A DNA stretch of 64,000 nucleotides from Diplonema japonicum. Taxonomy: Eukaryota; Protista; Euglenozoa: Diplonemea. The stretch spans positions 310,001 through 374,000 of the forward strand of contig OZ025708.1 in the NCBI GenBank assembly GCA_964019335.1, read 5' to 3'. Positions 54,309-64,000 of the stretch are shown here, one piece after another. Each line of letters begins with the position of its first letter. Position 1 is the stretch's first letter. The position numbers and the translations under genes are program-made. Under the pieces are notes generated by a model. That model made no database searches. It had not been told where the DNA came from and saw only the letters and a program-made list of their open reading frames with translations.

Positions 54309-57300
54309 AGGGGAGGGGGAAGAAAGAAAGGAAAAAAAAGAAAAAGAAAAAAATTGCACACTCACAAAGGGAGGTTTTTTTTTTTTTTTTTTTTTTTTTC
54401 CCTATTATATATATATATATAAATATATATGGTCGCCTCTCTGCTATTTTGTCAATGCTTTTTTTCCGAAAAAATGCGAAAAAAAAACGCTTTTTTTTAA
54501 AATTTTCACAAAAAAGGAGCAGCATGCAACCACAGGAAGTATGAAAGAAATGTTGTAAATAGTCCCGAAAACTCCGTTAAAGGGCTTGCTTTTGAGAAGA
54601 AATACAATGTGGAGGGCTGAAACCTAAAAAAAAATGAACCGAAATTCGGCTGTCACGAAAACGGGGGAAATGCAGCAAATCCCGATTTTATTCACCCAGA
54701 AACGCACAGCATTTAACCATAGATTGCAGCCAAAGAGGGGTCCCACTGGAAGGTGCTTTTGTCTCTGTACAATCTTCGGTGGGCACTAGTGAGCCAATTT
54801 GTGTGCGTTTTTTGGCCTGTTTTTGGCCCTCCTGATTCAGGCAATAAAATCAGATTTTCTCACAGACACCTCTAAGAACTTCAGAGTGCTACTCGCTGTT
54901 GGGACTCTTGCAGCGTCTTTTCGACCCACGTGCCTTAATTTACAAACGCAGTCTTCATACTTACCCCAACCATCCCACTTTCACTATTAGCCCCTATTAG
55001 GACAGTACTTTGTGACAAATAGCGGAGAGGTGACCATATATATATATATATTTTTTTTTTTTTTAAATGTCTCTTTTTTTTTTTATTATTTTTTTTTATT
55101 ATTTTTTTTTTATTTTTTTTTTATTTGAAAGAACTTGGAAAGAAGGAACAAAAAAAAAAAAAAAAAGAAACAAAAATATATATAAAAAGAAAAAAAGAAA
55201 AAAAAGAAAAAAAGAAAAAACCCCCACGGAAAGAAGAAGAAAATAAATTAAACCTTATTTGTCAAGTGTGTCTTTATTTAAAAATCTTTTTTTTCAAGCA
55301 TAGGGGGGGGGGGGGGGGTGTAGAGCAAATCCAATAAAAATACCTATTCCTTTTTTTTTCTTTTTTTTTTCTCGCTCTTTGCGACATGCCTCGGTTTTTT
55401 TTTTTGTTTTTTTTTTTATATGCACCGAGATTTTTTTATTTCTCGTGCGAACAAAAAAGAAAAAGAAGAAGAAAAAAAAAAGAAGAAAAAAAACCGACAT
55501 AAGTCATAAGGAACTTTTTCCCTCCACTCGGGTATTGAGAATGGAAGAAACGACAAAAAATCACAAAAAAAAGCAAAAACCAAGCTCAACTTGAGAAAGA
55601 AAACAGAATGAGAAGAAAAAAAAACGAAAACTGGAAAGAATAGGCACAGAGGGCATCTACATTCTGTCCATTCTTCGATCTATTCTAAAGAAGAGAGAAA
55701 AAACTTTTTTTGTTACGGGAGGAGCTAGGCCTTTTACTTAGCATTTCCCCCCTCCAAAAAGTTTTTTATTTCTATGTTTCTTTTTTTTTTTTAAACTGAG
55801 AAGAAAAATCAAAATAAAGCGGAAAAAAAAAGAAAAAAAGAAACTATTCTGGCGCTTGTTTGTTTGTGCGCAAAAAAGAAAAGTCACAAAAGAAACTGAA
55901 AGCAAGGTAGCTTTTTCTTCTTTTTTTTTTTTTTTTTTTGCTTTTATTTTTCTTCCGTTGCTAGTATTTAGTCGTTTTTTTTTTTTTTTTTTGCTAAAAA
56001 GGGCAGGGAAAGTCAAGTAGGGGCACACACCCCCCTCTCCCCTCCCCCCTATTTTTTTTTTCTTTCTTTTTGCATGAAATTAGAATAATCTGTATTCCTT
56101 TACCCAGTCTCCATTATCTTTCCTGTTTTTGCTCCCCGTTTAAAAAAAAAAAATAAATATATTTTTATGTTCCATAAAAAAAAAAAAATAAAAAAAAATA
56201 AAAAAAAATTCCCCTCCTTTTGTCTCCCCTTCGCCATTTTTAACAATGGGTTGCCATCACTCTTCGCGATCCCCCACAGGCCCTGATGATGTCATGTAGC
56301 AACGAAGGATTTTAAAAAAAAAAAAAAAAAAAAGTCCCAGGGTGTAATTCCTTTGAGCCGTCCTCGTAGTTTAGCATGAACTCTTTCAAGGGCCGTGGGT
56401 AGATAGAGGGTGAAGGACCCCTTTTTTTTTTGTTAAAAAGTGTGGATTGGGAGGAAGGCAACGGAGTGGGAAAAAATACTTTTTTTTTCACAATAAAAAA
56501 AAATCTTTTTTTTTTCCTTTTGCGCATCACAAAATTACTTCCAACCATTCCTCCCCCCGCCAGTTTCCCCCCCCCTTTTTTTCCCATGTTACAAATTGCC
56601 ACAGCACACCTGAAAACAAAGAAAAGTGTTTCTCCTACCGGGGGGGAGGAACGCTGATATTTACTTGTCCGTCAAATTTTAGGTTTTTTTTTTTTTTTTT
56701 AAAGAAAGTTTTTTTGTTTTCCATCATTTTTTTTAAAAATATCTTTTTTTCTTAGGGTGAAGACGAAGCTAATTCTTCTTTCTTTTTTTTTTTTTTTTTT
56801 TTTTTTCCAAAAAAAAAAAAAAAAAGGGGGGAACCATAATCCCCTTTTTTTTTTTCCCTTGACAAAAAAAAAAAAAAAAACGAGATAGGTCAGATGAAGC
56901 CACCCCCCTTTTTTTTAATAAGTACTAGAAACAAATTGCTATTCGTTTGGCAGTGAATTTGTTGTTTTTGAATTATACAAAGGTTTTCTTCCCCCCCCCC
57001 CCCCCCTCTTCTCCTTTGTAATTAACAATCCGCTGCTCCTCAGTTATCCGACCCAACAAAACAACATTGAAAAATAATTAAAAAAAAAAGATTGTTCCTC
57101 TTCGAAGAAAAAAAAGTGGCACCCCATACACTCCTACCCCTTTTGCACCACCCTCCGTAGCTGGAGCGGGGTCAGTTTAGTTCAGAATTATGTACTACTT
57201 TACTCCTTCCTCCCCCTCTCCCCCCCCCTTTTTAAACCATACTTAAGAAAATTGTTAGATACTGTTCATTGTGTCAGCGTTCCAAAGGCTGGAATAGTTG

Positions 57301-57341
57301 TTTCTCTTTTTATTTTCTTAAAGTCTGGACAATGGGGGGTG

Positions 57342-57373
<32 letters not shown>

Positions 57374-57641
57374 CTTCTTCTTTCCTTCTCTATGTTTGCT
57401 TGCAAACAGCCCACTGTTCCATTTTCTTTTTTTTTATTCCCTCTTCTTCCCCCCCCCCCCCCCCCCTTCTTAACGATTGTTTTATTTTATTTTTCTCCTC
57501 ACATTTCCTTTTCTTTTTTTTTATTTTATACTCCCCCCCTCCCCCCCCCTCCCTCCCTCTATTTTGTGTGTTCGAGCATCATAATAAAAAATTCTCCTTT
57601 GTGCAGTTTATATGCATGAGAAAAAAAAAAGGGGGGGAATA

Positions 57642-57675
<34 letters not shown>

Positions 57676-57751
57676 TTTTTTTAAAACATCTTGCCTGCGA
57701 CCTTTTTTTTTTGTTTTTTTTTTTTTTTGTTTTTGTTTTGTTTTGTAAACA

Positions 57752-57790
57752 GGCGTCCTGCCACATATCGCAGGTACCCTTACATGTCTC
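57752..57790 (+). repeat. 40-nt hairpin mini-element (family C), copy 3
   Basis: ggcgtcctgccacatatcgcaggtacccttacatgtctc. Confidence 0.8.
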
Positions 57791-57822
57791 TTTCTTTTTT
57801 TTTTTTTTTTTTTTTTTTTATA

Positions 57823-57945
57823 TTCCCAGCAGCATGACTGGAGCGTATCGACGCCTTGCGCTGTACTGGAGGAACGACAGACGGGTGTAACAGGAGGCCG
57901 GCACTTCGTACTTCCGGAGCGAGCCATGGGCCACATCGAGGGCTT
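57823..57945 (+). mobile_element. Decayed internal fragment of LINE family B
   Basis: Aligns with 26825-26944 (ttcccagcagc...tgcgctgta..ggagga...acaggaggcc...ccggagcga.ccatg). Confidence 0.75.
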
Positions 57946-58352
57946 GTGGACGGGAAAAAAAAAGTGCATATTATGAAAGAGTTTCCCCCCCCCTTTTTTT
58001 TTCCGTTGTTCATTTTGAAATCTCCCGCCCCTAAGTAGAGAAAAAAAAATAATAAAAATAAAAAAAAATTAAAAAATGGAAGATTTTTTTTCTTTCTTTT
58101 TTTTTTTTTTGCTGCAAAAGGAAACAAATTAGTTTTCTTTTTTTTTTTCGCATGAACAAAAAAAAAAAAAAAAAAAAAAAAGACTTTGAAAAAAAAAAAA
58201 AGAAAAAAAAAAAAAAAAAAAAAAAAAACCAATTTGTTGACAGTGAATTGTTATTGCTAAAAAGAGTAGTGGTGGCATTGTTGGCTTGCATCCTTCTACA
58301 GGTTAACCCCCGGCTGTGCACAATCAATAAATCAACCGACTCTTTTTTTTTA

Positions 58353-58393
58353 GGCGATCCTGTCACATACTGCAGGTTCCCTTCAAAGACATC
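58353..58393 (+). repeat. 40-nt hairpin mini-element (family C), copy 4 (diverged)
   Basis: ggcgatcctgtcacatactgcaggttccctt. Confidence 0.6.
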
Positions 58394-58968
58394 TTTTTTT
58401 TCTTCTCCCCCCCCCCCTTTCTTTATCATTTGTTTTCCCCAAAACATCTCTGTTGTAAGTTTAACAACAGGAAGGAGGGAGAAAGAGAAAAAAAAAAGGG
58501 CGGGTAATATTTTTTAAAAGAGAACGAGGGGGCGTCTCACAAAGACTTCCTTTAACTCATATTTTTTTTTTTTTTTTTTGGTTTAAAAGTCTGAAATATT
58601 TTCTTTTTTAGCAAACCACAGGGAAAGAAAATAAGAGAAGGGAAGAGCGTGGGGGGGAGGGGGAAAAAAAAGAAATATTCCCCCCCCCACTTTTAAATCC
58701 GTTTTGGTTAACCGAAAAAAAAAAATCCCTTCTTATTTTCCCTTTTTTTCCCTTTTTACCCTTAAATAGTCTCTTCTTTTTTTTTTTTTTTTTTTTTTTT
58801 TTTCTTTTTCCATCTAATACTTCTTAGTTCTTCCCAAATACTTCACTACATCGCCTCTCATTCTCCCCCCTTTTTTTTTCTCTTTTTTTTTTTTCGTTCG
58901 TTCTTTTCAAAAAAAAAAAAAAAAAAAAAAAGAGGGGAAAAAAAAAAAAAAAAAAAAAAAAAAAAGAA

Positions 58969-60152
58969 ATGAACGAGATCCTCAAGCGACTTGACACAAC
59001 TGAGAGCACGAAAATAGCAGCCCTCACGCTACTCGCAGAGAATGCGAGTGCAAAAGAGTTTTTAAGCCTGTTGGAAGGGCGTCTGAAGACGGCAGAGAGA
59101 GAGAAAAAACTACCATACTGGTGCCTACTCGACTCTCTGCTCAACCACGGCTCGGAGGAGCTGAAAATAGGCGTGGTACGAATGCTGCCCCGCCACGTTG
59201 GATCACAAATACCATGGGGTGTTGTATCTCAACGGGCTATGTACATGAAAATGGTAGAGTCTTGGGTGGACCGCAAACTGGACCTTTCCGGAAACATCGC
59301 AAAAGCGGTAAAAGACGGGCTTATCATCGAGAGAGAAAACGTGAAAAATCAAGCCAGGGTTATGTCACAAGGAGCGTTGCGATCACAACTCCGGCTCGCG
59401 GCCCAGGCAGTCGCTGAAATTCAAGTTGGACAGGAAGAACAATTACTAACCCCAGCAGAAACCGACTTTGTAGAAGAACCCCGCAACGAATCGATGAAGG
59501 GAGACGAAGAAGAACAAGAAGAAGACGAGGAAAAGAACACCGACACAAGAGCATCAACACCAACCCCGGCGAACCCAATCCAGACCACGGAAAAAGCACC
59601 GTTTTGCCCCCCCGAGAAGGAGATCCCAACGGACTTCGATTCCGTAATCAAAACAACTGTTTCGTCACTATACGCTCACCCCTTTCAATGCAGCAAAACG
59701 GGAAGGCGTTTCCGTGAGGAGATCGACACCACCACCAGAGATATCGTGTACAAAATACGGTCCACCGACACAAAGCTGCAGAAATGCCGGTCTTGGTTCC
59801 CTGATTGCACCAAATGGGCCGATATTACAGAAACAAGGTACGGGCTTGCAGCCGTTTCGCTGCGTTCTCAGCTCGGGAAGGAGCCTGCCATCAGCACCCT
59901 CAAGCGGAAGGCCTCCTCCAAGGAGGAGGAGGTATTCGTATCTGACCCAACAGAGGTTCGACGGTGCGCGGTCTGTGGGGATATATTTGAGAAGAAACCC
60001 GTGTCCTCCTCATGGTTGGTCGTTGATTGCATAAAGGTCGGCACGCAAGGAGGGTATGTTGCCGCGAAATTATTTTTAAAAAAAAAAAAAAAATCTGCAG
60101 AGTATTCTATGTGCACCCCGAATGTGAAGATGACATCCCTAGCAAAAAGTAA
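58969..60152 (+). CDS. PCF11: Pre-mRNA cleavage/polyadenylation factor Pcf11; intron at 60054-60100
   Basis: CID-like KLPYWCLLDSLL; LY...QC...GRRF; RSWF....W Clp1-binding motif; splicing completes the CAVC...W...YVHPEC zinc finger. Confidence 0.85.
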
Positions 60153-60327
60153 GAGAAAAAAAAAAAGGGAAAAGAAGTGTTGAAAGAAAAAAAAGGAAAA
60201 AAAAAAAAGTCAAGACGGAGTCTTTCTCCTCGTGTTGCTTCAATTATTATTTTTTTAAAAAAAATTTTTTTCTCACCTACTGCACAAAAAAAAAGGGGGG
60301 GGAACAAAACAAAAACAAAAAAAAAAA

Positions 60328-62298
60328 ATGGCTACCTCTGGGATGGGTGGCACACAGCACACTGTGAAAATCCCCTTTACCACAGCGAGGCGGGACGAGC
60401 ACGGCATGGAACAGGTGCTGGAGTCCTTGGAGAATCTGAGCAAAGTCGCCAAGAATATCTTCGATAACATTTCAGAGAGGGTGATGAAGGAGAAGGAGAG
60501 AGTCGATGCAATCAAAGAGAGAGTAGGCGCGATCGAGGGACAAGTGGAAGAAGTGTCCGACCGCACATCCAAAGCCACCACTGTAATGTCAAGCTTTAAA
60601 TATCCTGGAGACAAAAAGTGGAAATCTGCGGACATGATCCAATATGATGAGGAAACCACACACAAACCCCGTTCCCGTAAAATCAGAGAACAGCGCGTGT
60701 ACCAAAAGGGCGAACCTCTAAAGGAGGACAGTTTTGGTGGCCTCCCCACCAGGGCCCGTGACCCCACAGACCAGTACGAACTCCGCCTCTTCGTCCCCAC
60801 CGAAAAACCCAACCGTGAACGCCAAGGACTTGGAAAGCTCCCCAAAAACCTCGAAACCGCGTCATCGCTCCTCCTTTTCAACACCAACGAGAACCCTTAC
60901 AAAGAGTACAACGTCTTCGACCCTCTCGGGCAGGAGACAAAGCTGAAGGAAAGGGAGACCAATGCGAGAAAGCTGCTCTCTGCGGCGCCCTTCACCTTTG
61001 GAGGCGAGACGGGCTTCGAGAACGCCGACGCAGAAGGCATCGGCTACGTTCCTGAAATGGTTGATCTCCCCGATTGGGAAGATAAGCACGAACAGCTCCC
61101 AGGTCTCGAAGGCGTCGCTGACGGAGACTGGGACGACACGGCCTTCGAGGAGTTCCAGCCCATCGCACCTAGCGCTCAGAACTGGGACGACGCAAGTACC
61201 GTCAGAGGGAGCGTCAGGGGGGGCAAGCGCGATAAGTCCGCACCTGGTCCTGCCAAGGTTCAAGCAGCACCCGCGGGTCCGCCCCCGCCCGGCGGCCCTC
61301 CCCCTCCCCCCGGTGCCCCGGGCATGCCCCCTCCACCCCCAGGTGGAATGCCGCCCCCACCCGGTGGCATGCCCCCTCCGCCTCCAGGTGGCATGCCTCC
61401 CCCACCCGGTGGCATGCCCCCTCCACCAGGTGGCATGCCACCTCCACCAGGAGGCATGCCCCCCCCGCCAGGCGGCATTCCGCGGCCACCCGGCGTTCCA
61501 GGCATGCCTCCTCCACCGGGTGGGATGCCCCCTCCGCCAGGTGGGATGCCCCCACCTCCTGGTGGAATGCCTCCTCCTCCTGGTGGAATGCCTCCTCCTC
61601 CTGGTGGGATGCCACCTCCTCCTGGGGCACCGCCTCCACCTGGTGGTATGCCGCCTCCGCCTCGTCCTCCTGGTCCTCCTGGAGCACCCCCGCCGCCTGG
61701 TGGGATGCCTCCTCCTGGTGCCCCGCCTCCGCCTCCAGCGCCTGGTGTGCCTCCTCCTCCTAGGGCACCAGGGGGTGGGCCGCCGCCGCCGCCAGGGCCG
61801 CCACCACCGCCAGGTGCGGGGCCGCCGCCGCCACCAGGGCCTCCGCCGCCACCAGGGGTAAAGGCGCCTGCTGGGCCAGTGGTGCCGAGGGCAGCGCCGA
61901 AGGAGCGACTGCCTCCGCCGCCTGTGGACGCAAGGGACGCTCTGATGGAGGCGATCAGGAACGGGAAGAAGCTGAAGCCGGCAACAGAGAGGGCGGTGCC
62001 GAAAGATAAGCCTGCAGAAAAGAAGGCTGGCTTCGCGAACAACTTGATGGTATGGAGTAAAAAGAAAATAAAACGACGACACACATTGAAACAGGATAAG
62101 CTTGAGATGAGACGAAAAGGCATCCAGGGCAACTCCGGTGATAAGGACAAGGCCAAGGTCAGTGAAGAGAAGAAGATCGAGAAGCCCGAGAAAATTGAGA
62201 AGTCCGAGGCACCTAAGCCCCCGATGGCGGCACAGGCGAGTAAATTCGCTGCTGCAAATGATGAAGATACCGCCAGTGACGAATCGGACTGGGATTAA
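60328..62298 (+). CDS. WASHC1: WASH complex subunit 1; intron at 62050-62094
   Basis: WAHD (GLGKLP......SSLLLFNTNENPYKEY...DPL), poly-Pro, WH2 (RDALMEAIR..KKLK), KLEMRRKGI.G, acidic DWD tail. Confidence 0.95.
   Translation: MATSGMGGTQHTVKIPFTTARRDEHGMEQVLESLENLSKVAKNIFDNISERVMKEKERVDAIKERVGAIEGQVEEVSDRTSKATTVMSSFKYPGDKKWKSADMIQYDEETTHKPRSRKIREQRVYQKGEPLKEDSFGGLPTRARDPTDQYELRLFVPTEKPNRERQGLGKLPKNLETASSLLLFNTNENPYKEYNVFDPLGQETKLKERETNARKLLSAAPFTFGGETGFENADAEGIGYVPEMVDLPDWEDKHEQLPGLEGVADGDWDDTAFEEFQPIAPSAQNWDDASTVRGSVRGGKRDKSAPGPAKVQAAPAGPPPPGGPPPPPGAPGMPPPPPGGMPPPPGGMPPPPPGGMPPPPGGMPPPPGGMPPPPGGMPPPPGGIPRPPGVPGMPPPPGGMPPPPGGMPPPPGGMPPPPGGMPPPPGGMPPPPGAPPPPGGMPPPPRPPGPPGAPPPPGGMPPPGAPPPPPAPGVPPPPRAPGGGPPPPPGPPPPPGAGPPPPPGPPPPPGVKAPAGPVVPRAAPKERLPPPPVDARDALMEAIRNGKKLKPATERAVPKDKPAEKKAGFANNLMVWSKKKIKRRHTLKQDKLEMRRKGIQGNSGDKDKAKVSEEKKIEKPEKIEKSEAPKPPMAAQASKFAAANDEDTASDESDWD
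61275..61860 (+). repeat. Coding GGMPPPP tandem repeats within WASH
   Basis: About 21-nt units with synonymous variation. Confidence 0.9.
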
Positions 62299-62741
62299 AA
62301 GGGAAATGTGCGCACCGAAAAGTGTTATTTTTTTTTTTCTTCTATTTCTTTTTCCCCTTGCCCGGAAACTTTCTATTTTTTTTTTTTTAAACTGTACGCC
62401 CCTTTCCCAGATTTCTTTTTTGAAAACCGTGTGTGGTAACCGACTGTGCTTCCGCCTCTTGGGGGAAGAAAAAGAAAAAAAAGAAAAACGATTTCTATGT
62501 TTTTTTTTTTTTGTTTTTTTATGTCTCTGATGTTTTGTGTGTGTCCCACCCCTTTCCCCCCCTTTTCCTTCTTTTTTTTTTTCACACAATTCTGCTTCTT
62601 TCCACTTTTTATTATTATTTCTTTTTTTCTCCTTTTTTTTTGTTATTCACTTCCATCCATACTGTATTGAACCAACAACACACACAAAAAAAGGGGGGGG
62701 GGGGAATGACAATTAAAGAAAGACGATTCCAGTAAACTTCC

Positions 62742-63611
62742 ATGGAGTCAAGCATCTTCCCTGCGATCCAACGCAAAACCTGCCTGCTGCAAGGTCTGCA
62801 GCTGTTCAGAAGTGCCAGATCTTCTAAAGAGAGCTTCACTGCAAAGTATGAATCGGAGCAGGAAGCTAAACCTGCAAAACTTACATATGAGTTGCTCCGT
62901 GAGCGCATCGCGGTGATGGAGAGAAAGAGCACAAGACGCCCGCCACGGAAGTGTGAGGGAATTACAGCAGACGCACTGGCTGCAAGCACAGGTCATTTAC
63001 CCGTAATTTTGAGGCCGAGGAGGGTACCGATCCCCCCCCCGCCTGCTGAGAAGAGGAGCACAGAAAGAAACGACGAAAGACAATTCGTGACAACCGCCTT
63101 GCGCCGCCGCTCTATCGTTAAAGAGCTTCGTAAAGAGGAAAATCTTGCGAAGATAATGCGGAAAAAGTACCTGAAGGCGGCGAGCGAGACGCTTTATTCC
63201 TACTTTTCGATGTTTCTAACGAACACTGAAGCAAAGGAGGCTGTTCACAGGGATGTTATATCCACGCAAGAACACCTCGAAGCTCTCTCGTTAAACCATA
63301 CCTTTAGGCGTTCCCTTTCAAGGTTGTTTTATGACCTCCGCAGCCCGCCGCCTGACGAAGTCCGCCCACATCATTACACCAATCTCGTTCGCCGTGCTAT
63401 GGCCTGCGGTGTGGGCAACCGGGCGGTGGCGGAGGAGGTCGTTTCCGAGGTGCTCCATGTCCTGATGCTGCACCACAACGACGCGGGAGAAGCACCCGTG
63501 CCCTTGTCGCAGGTTCTCTCTGTTCAGATTACCACAGATGAGTACAGCGTGCGGTGGCAGCTTGAGATGGCCGAAAGGATGGCCCGAGATGAAATCGGGC
63601 GGCGACTTTGA
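62742..63611 (+). CDS. Hypothetical protein
   Basis: 289-aa ORF with coding-like composition and no recognisable motif. Confidence 0.6.
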   Translation: MESSIFPAIQRKTCLLQGLQLFRSARSSKESFTAKYESEQEAKPAKLTYELLRERIAVMERKSTRRPPRKCEGITADALAASTGHLPVILRPRRVPIPPPPAEKRSTERNDERQFVTTALRRRSIVKELRKEENLAKIMRKKYLKAASETLYSYFSMFLTNTEAKEAVHRDVISTQEHLEALSLNHTFRRSLSRLFYDLRSPPPDEVRPHHYTNLVRRAMACGVGNRAVAEEVVSEVLHVLMLHHNDAGEAPVPLSQVLSVQITTDEYSVRWQLEMAERMARDEIGRRL

Positions 63612-63779
63612 ATTTGATAAGTGAGAGGACTTTCCAGACTTTCTCACCCCCCCCCCCCCCCCCGATCTTTTCAATATTTTTTTCCGTTTAATAGTAGTTC
63701 AAAGAGATTTTTTTTCGTTCTTTTTTTTTGAAAAAAGAAAAGCATTGCAAGGGGATATTTTTCGAGGAGAAAAAAGAAA

Positions 63780-64000
63780 ATGCTCCGGCTGACCACGATT
63801 CAGCCTGTGGCCAGAAGGCACAGGATGATGAGCAGCTTCAGCTCGCTGACACCGCTGACCTTCAGCACTCCGAACCCGATCAAGAAGGTGATGTCTGCGA
63901 ACAGAGGTGAGATCGCGATCAGGGTGTTCCGTGCAGCCGCCGAGATGGGGCTGAAGACAGTGGCGCTGTACTCAAAGGAGGACGCCATGGGTGTGCACAG
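63780..64000 (+). CDS. PC: Pyruvate carboxylase, mitochondrial precursor (3'-partial)
   Basis: My translation: MLRLTT... presequence, then [35 protein letters not shown] (biotin-carboxylase N-terminus, PC-type). Confidence 0.85.
   Translation, partial: MLRLTTIQPVARRHRMMSSFSSLTPLTFSTPNPIKKVMSANRGEIAIRVFRAAAEMGLKTVALYSKEDAMGVH

Noticed and set aside
56270-56312. ctgatga...gaag as a hammerhead or C/D snoRNA
   Set aside because: No GAAA, no convincing stems and no nearby D box.
42082-60152. CPSF6-like and PCF11 as a functional cluster
   Set aside because: They are 16 kb apart with unrelated genes between; consistent with chance.

Overview
Eukaryotic nuclear DNA, most likely a diplonemid (Euglenozoa). 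The evidence is a complete 39-nt spliced-leader (SL) exon at 44613-44651, all credible genes on the + strand (directional, polycistron-like cluster), and A/T/C/G homopolymer-rich spacers. There are about 25 protein genes: two tandem-SGNH proteins, a scramblase-like protein, four copies of a receptor-type pseudo-nucleotide-cyclase (2 intact, 1 frameshifted, 1 deleted), a PI-PLC X-domain protein, a propeller-3xWSC protein, a 3xWWE-PNKP, a CaMK-LRR kinase, an MtnK-like kinase, GH20 hexosaminidase, cathepsin Z, a CPSF6-like RRM protein, a TMEM104-like transporter, PCF11, WASH and the start of pyruvate carboxylase. The most interesting signal is non-coding. (1) A three-copy, ~300-nt SINE-like element whose 5' end folds into an HDV-like self-cleaving ribozyme. 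(2) A genomic SL exon heading a LINE remnant. (3) A hammerhead-like motif. (4) Retroelement families that end in T-tracts rather than poly(A). (5) Tiny 3'-located GT-AG introns with a poly(A) tract in place of a polypyrimidine tract. All calls come from reading motifs by eye; no database searches or folding programs were run.
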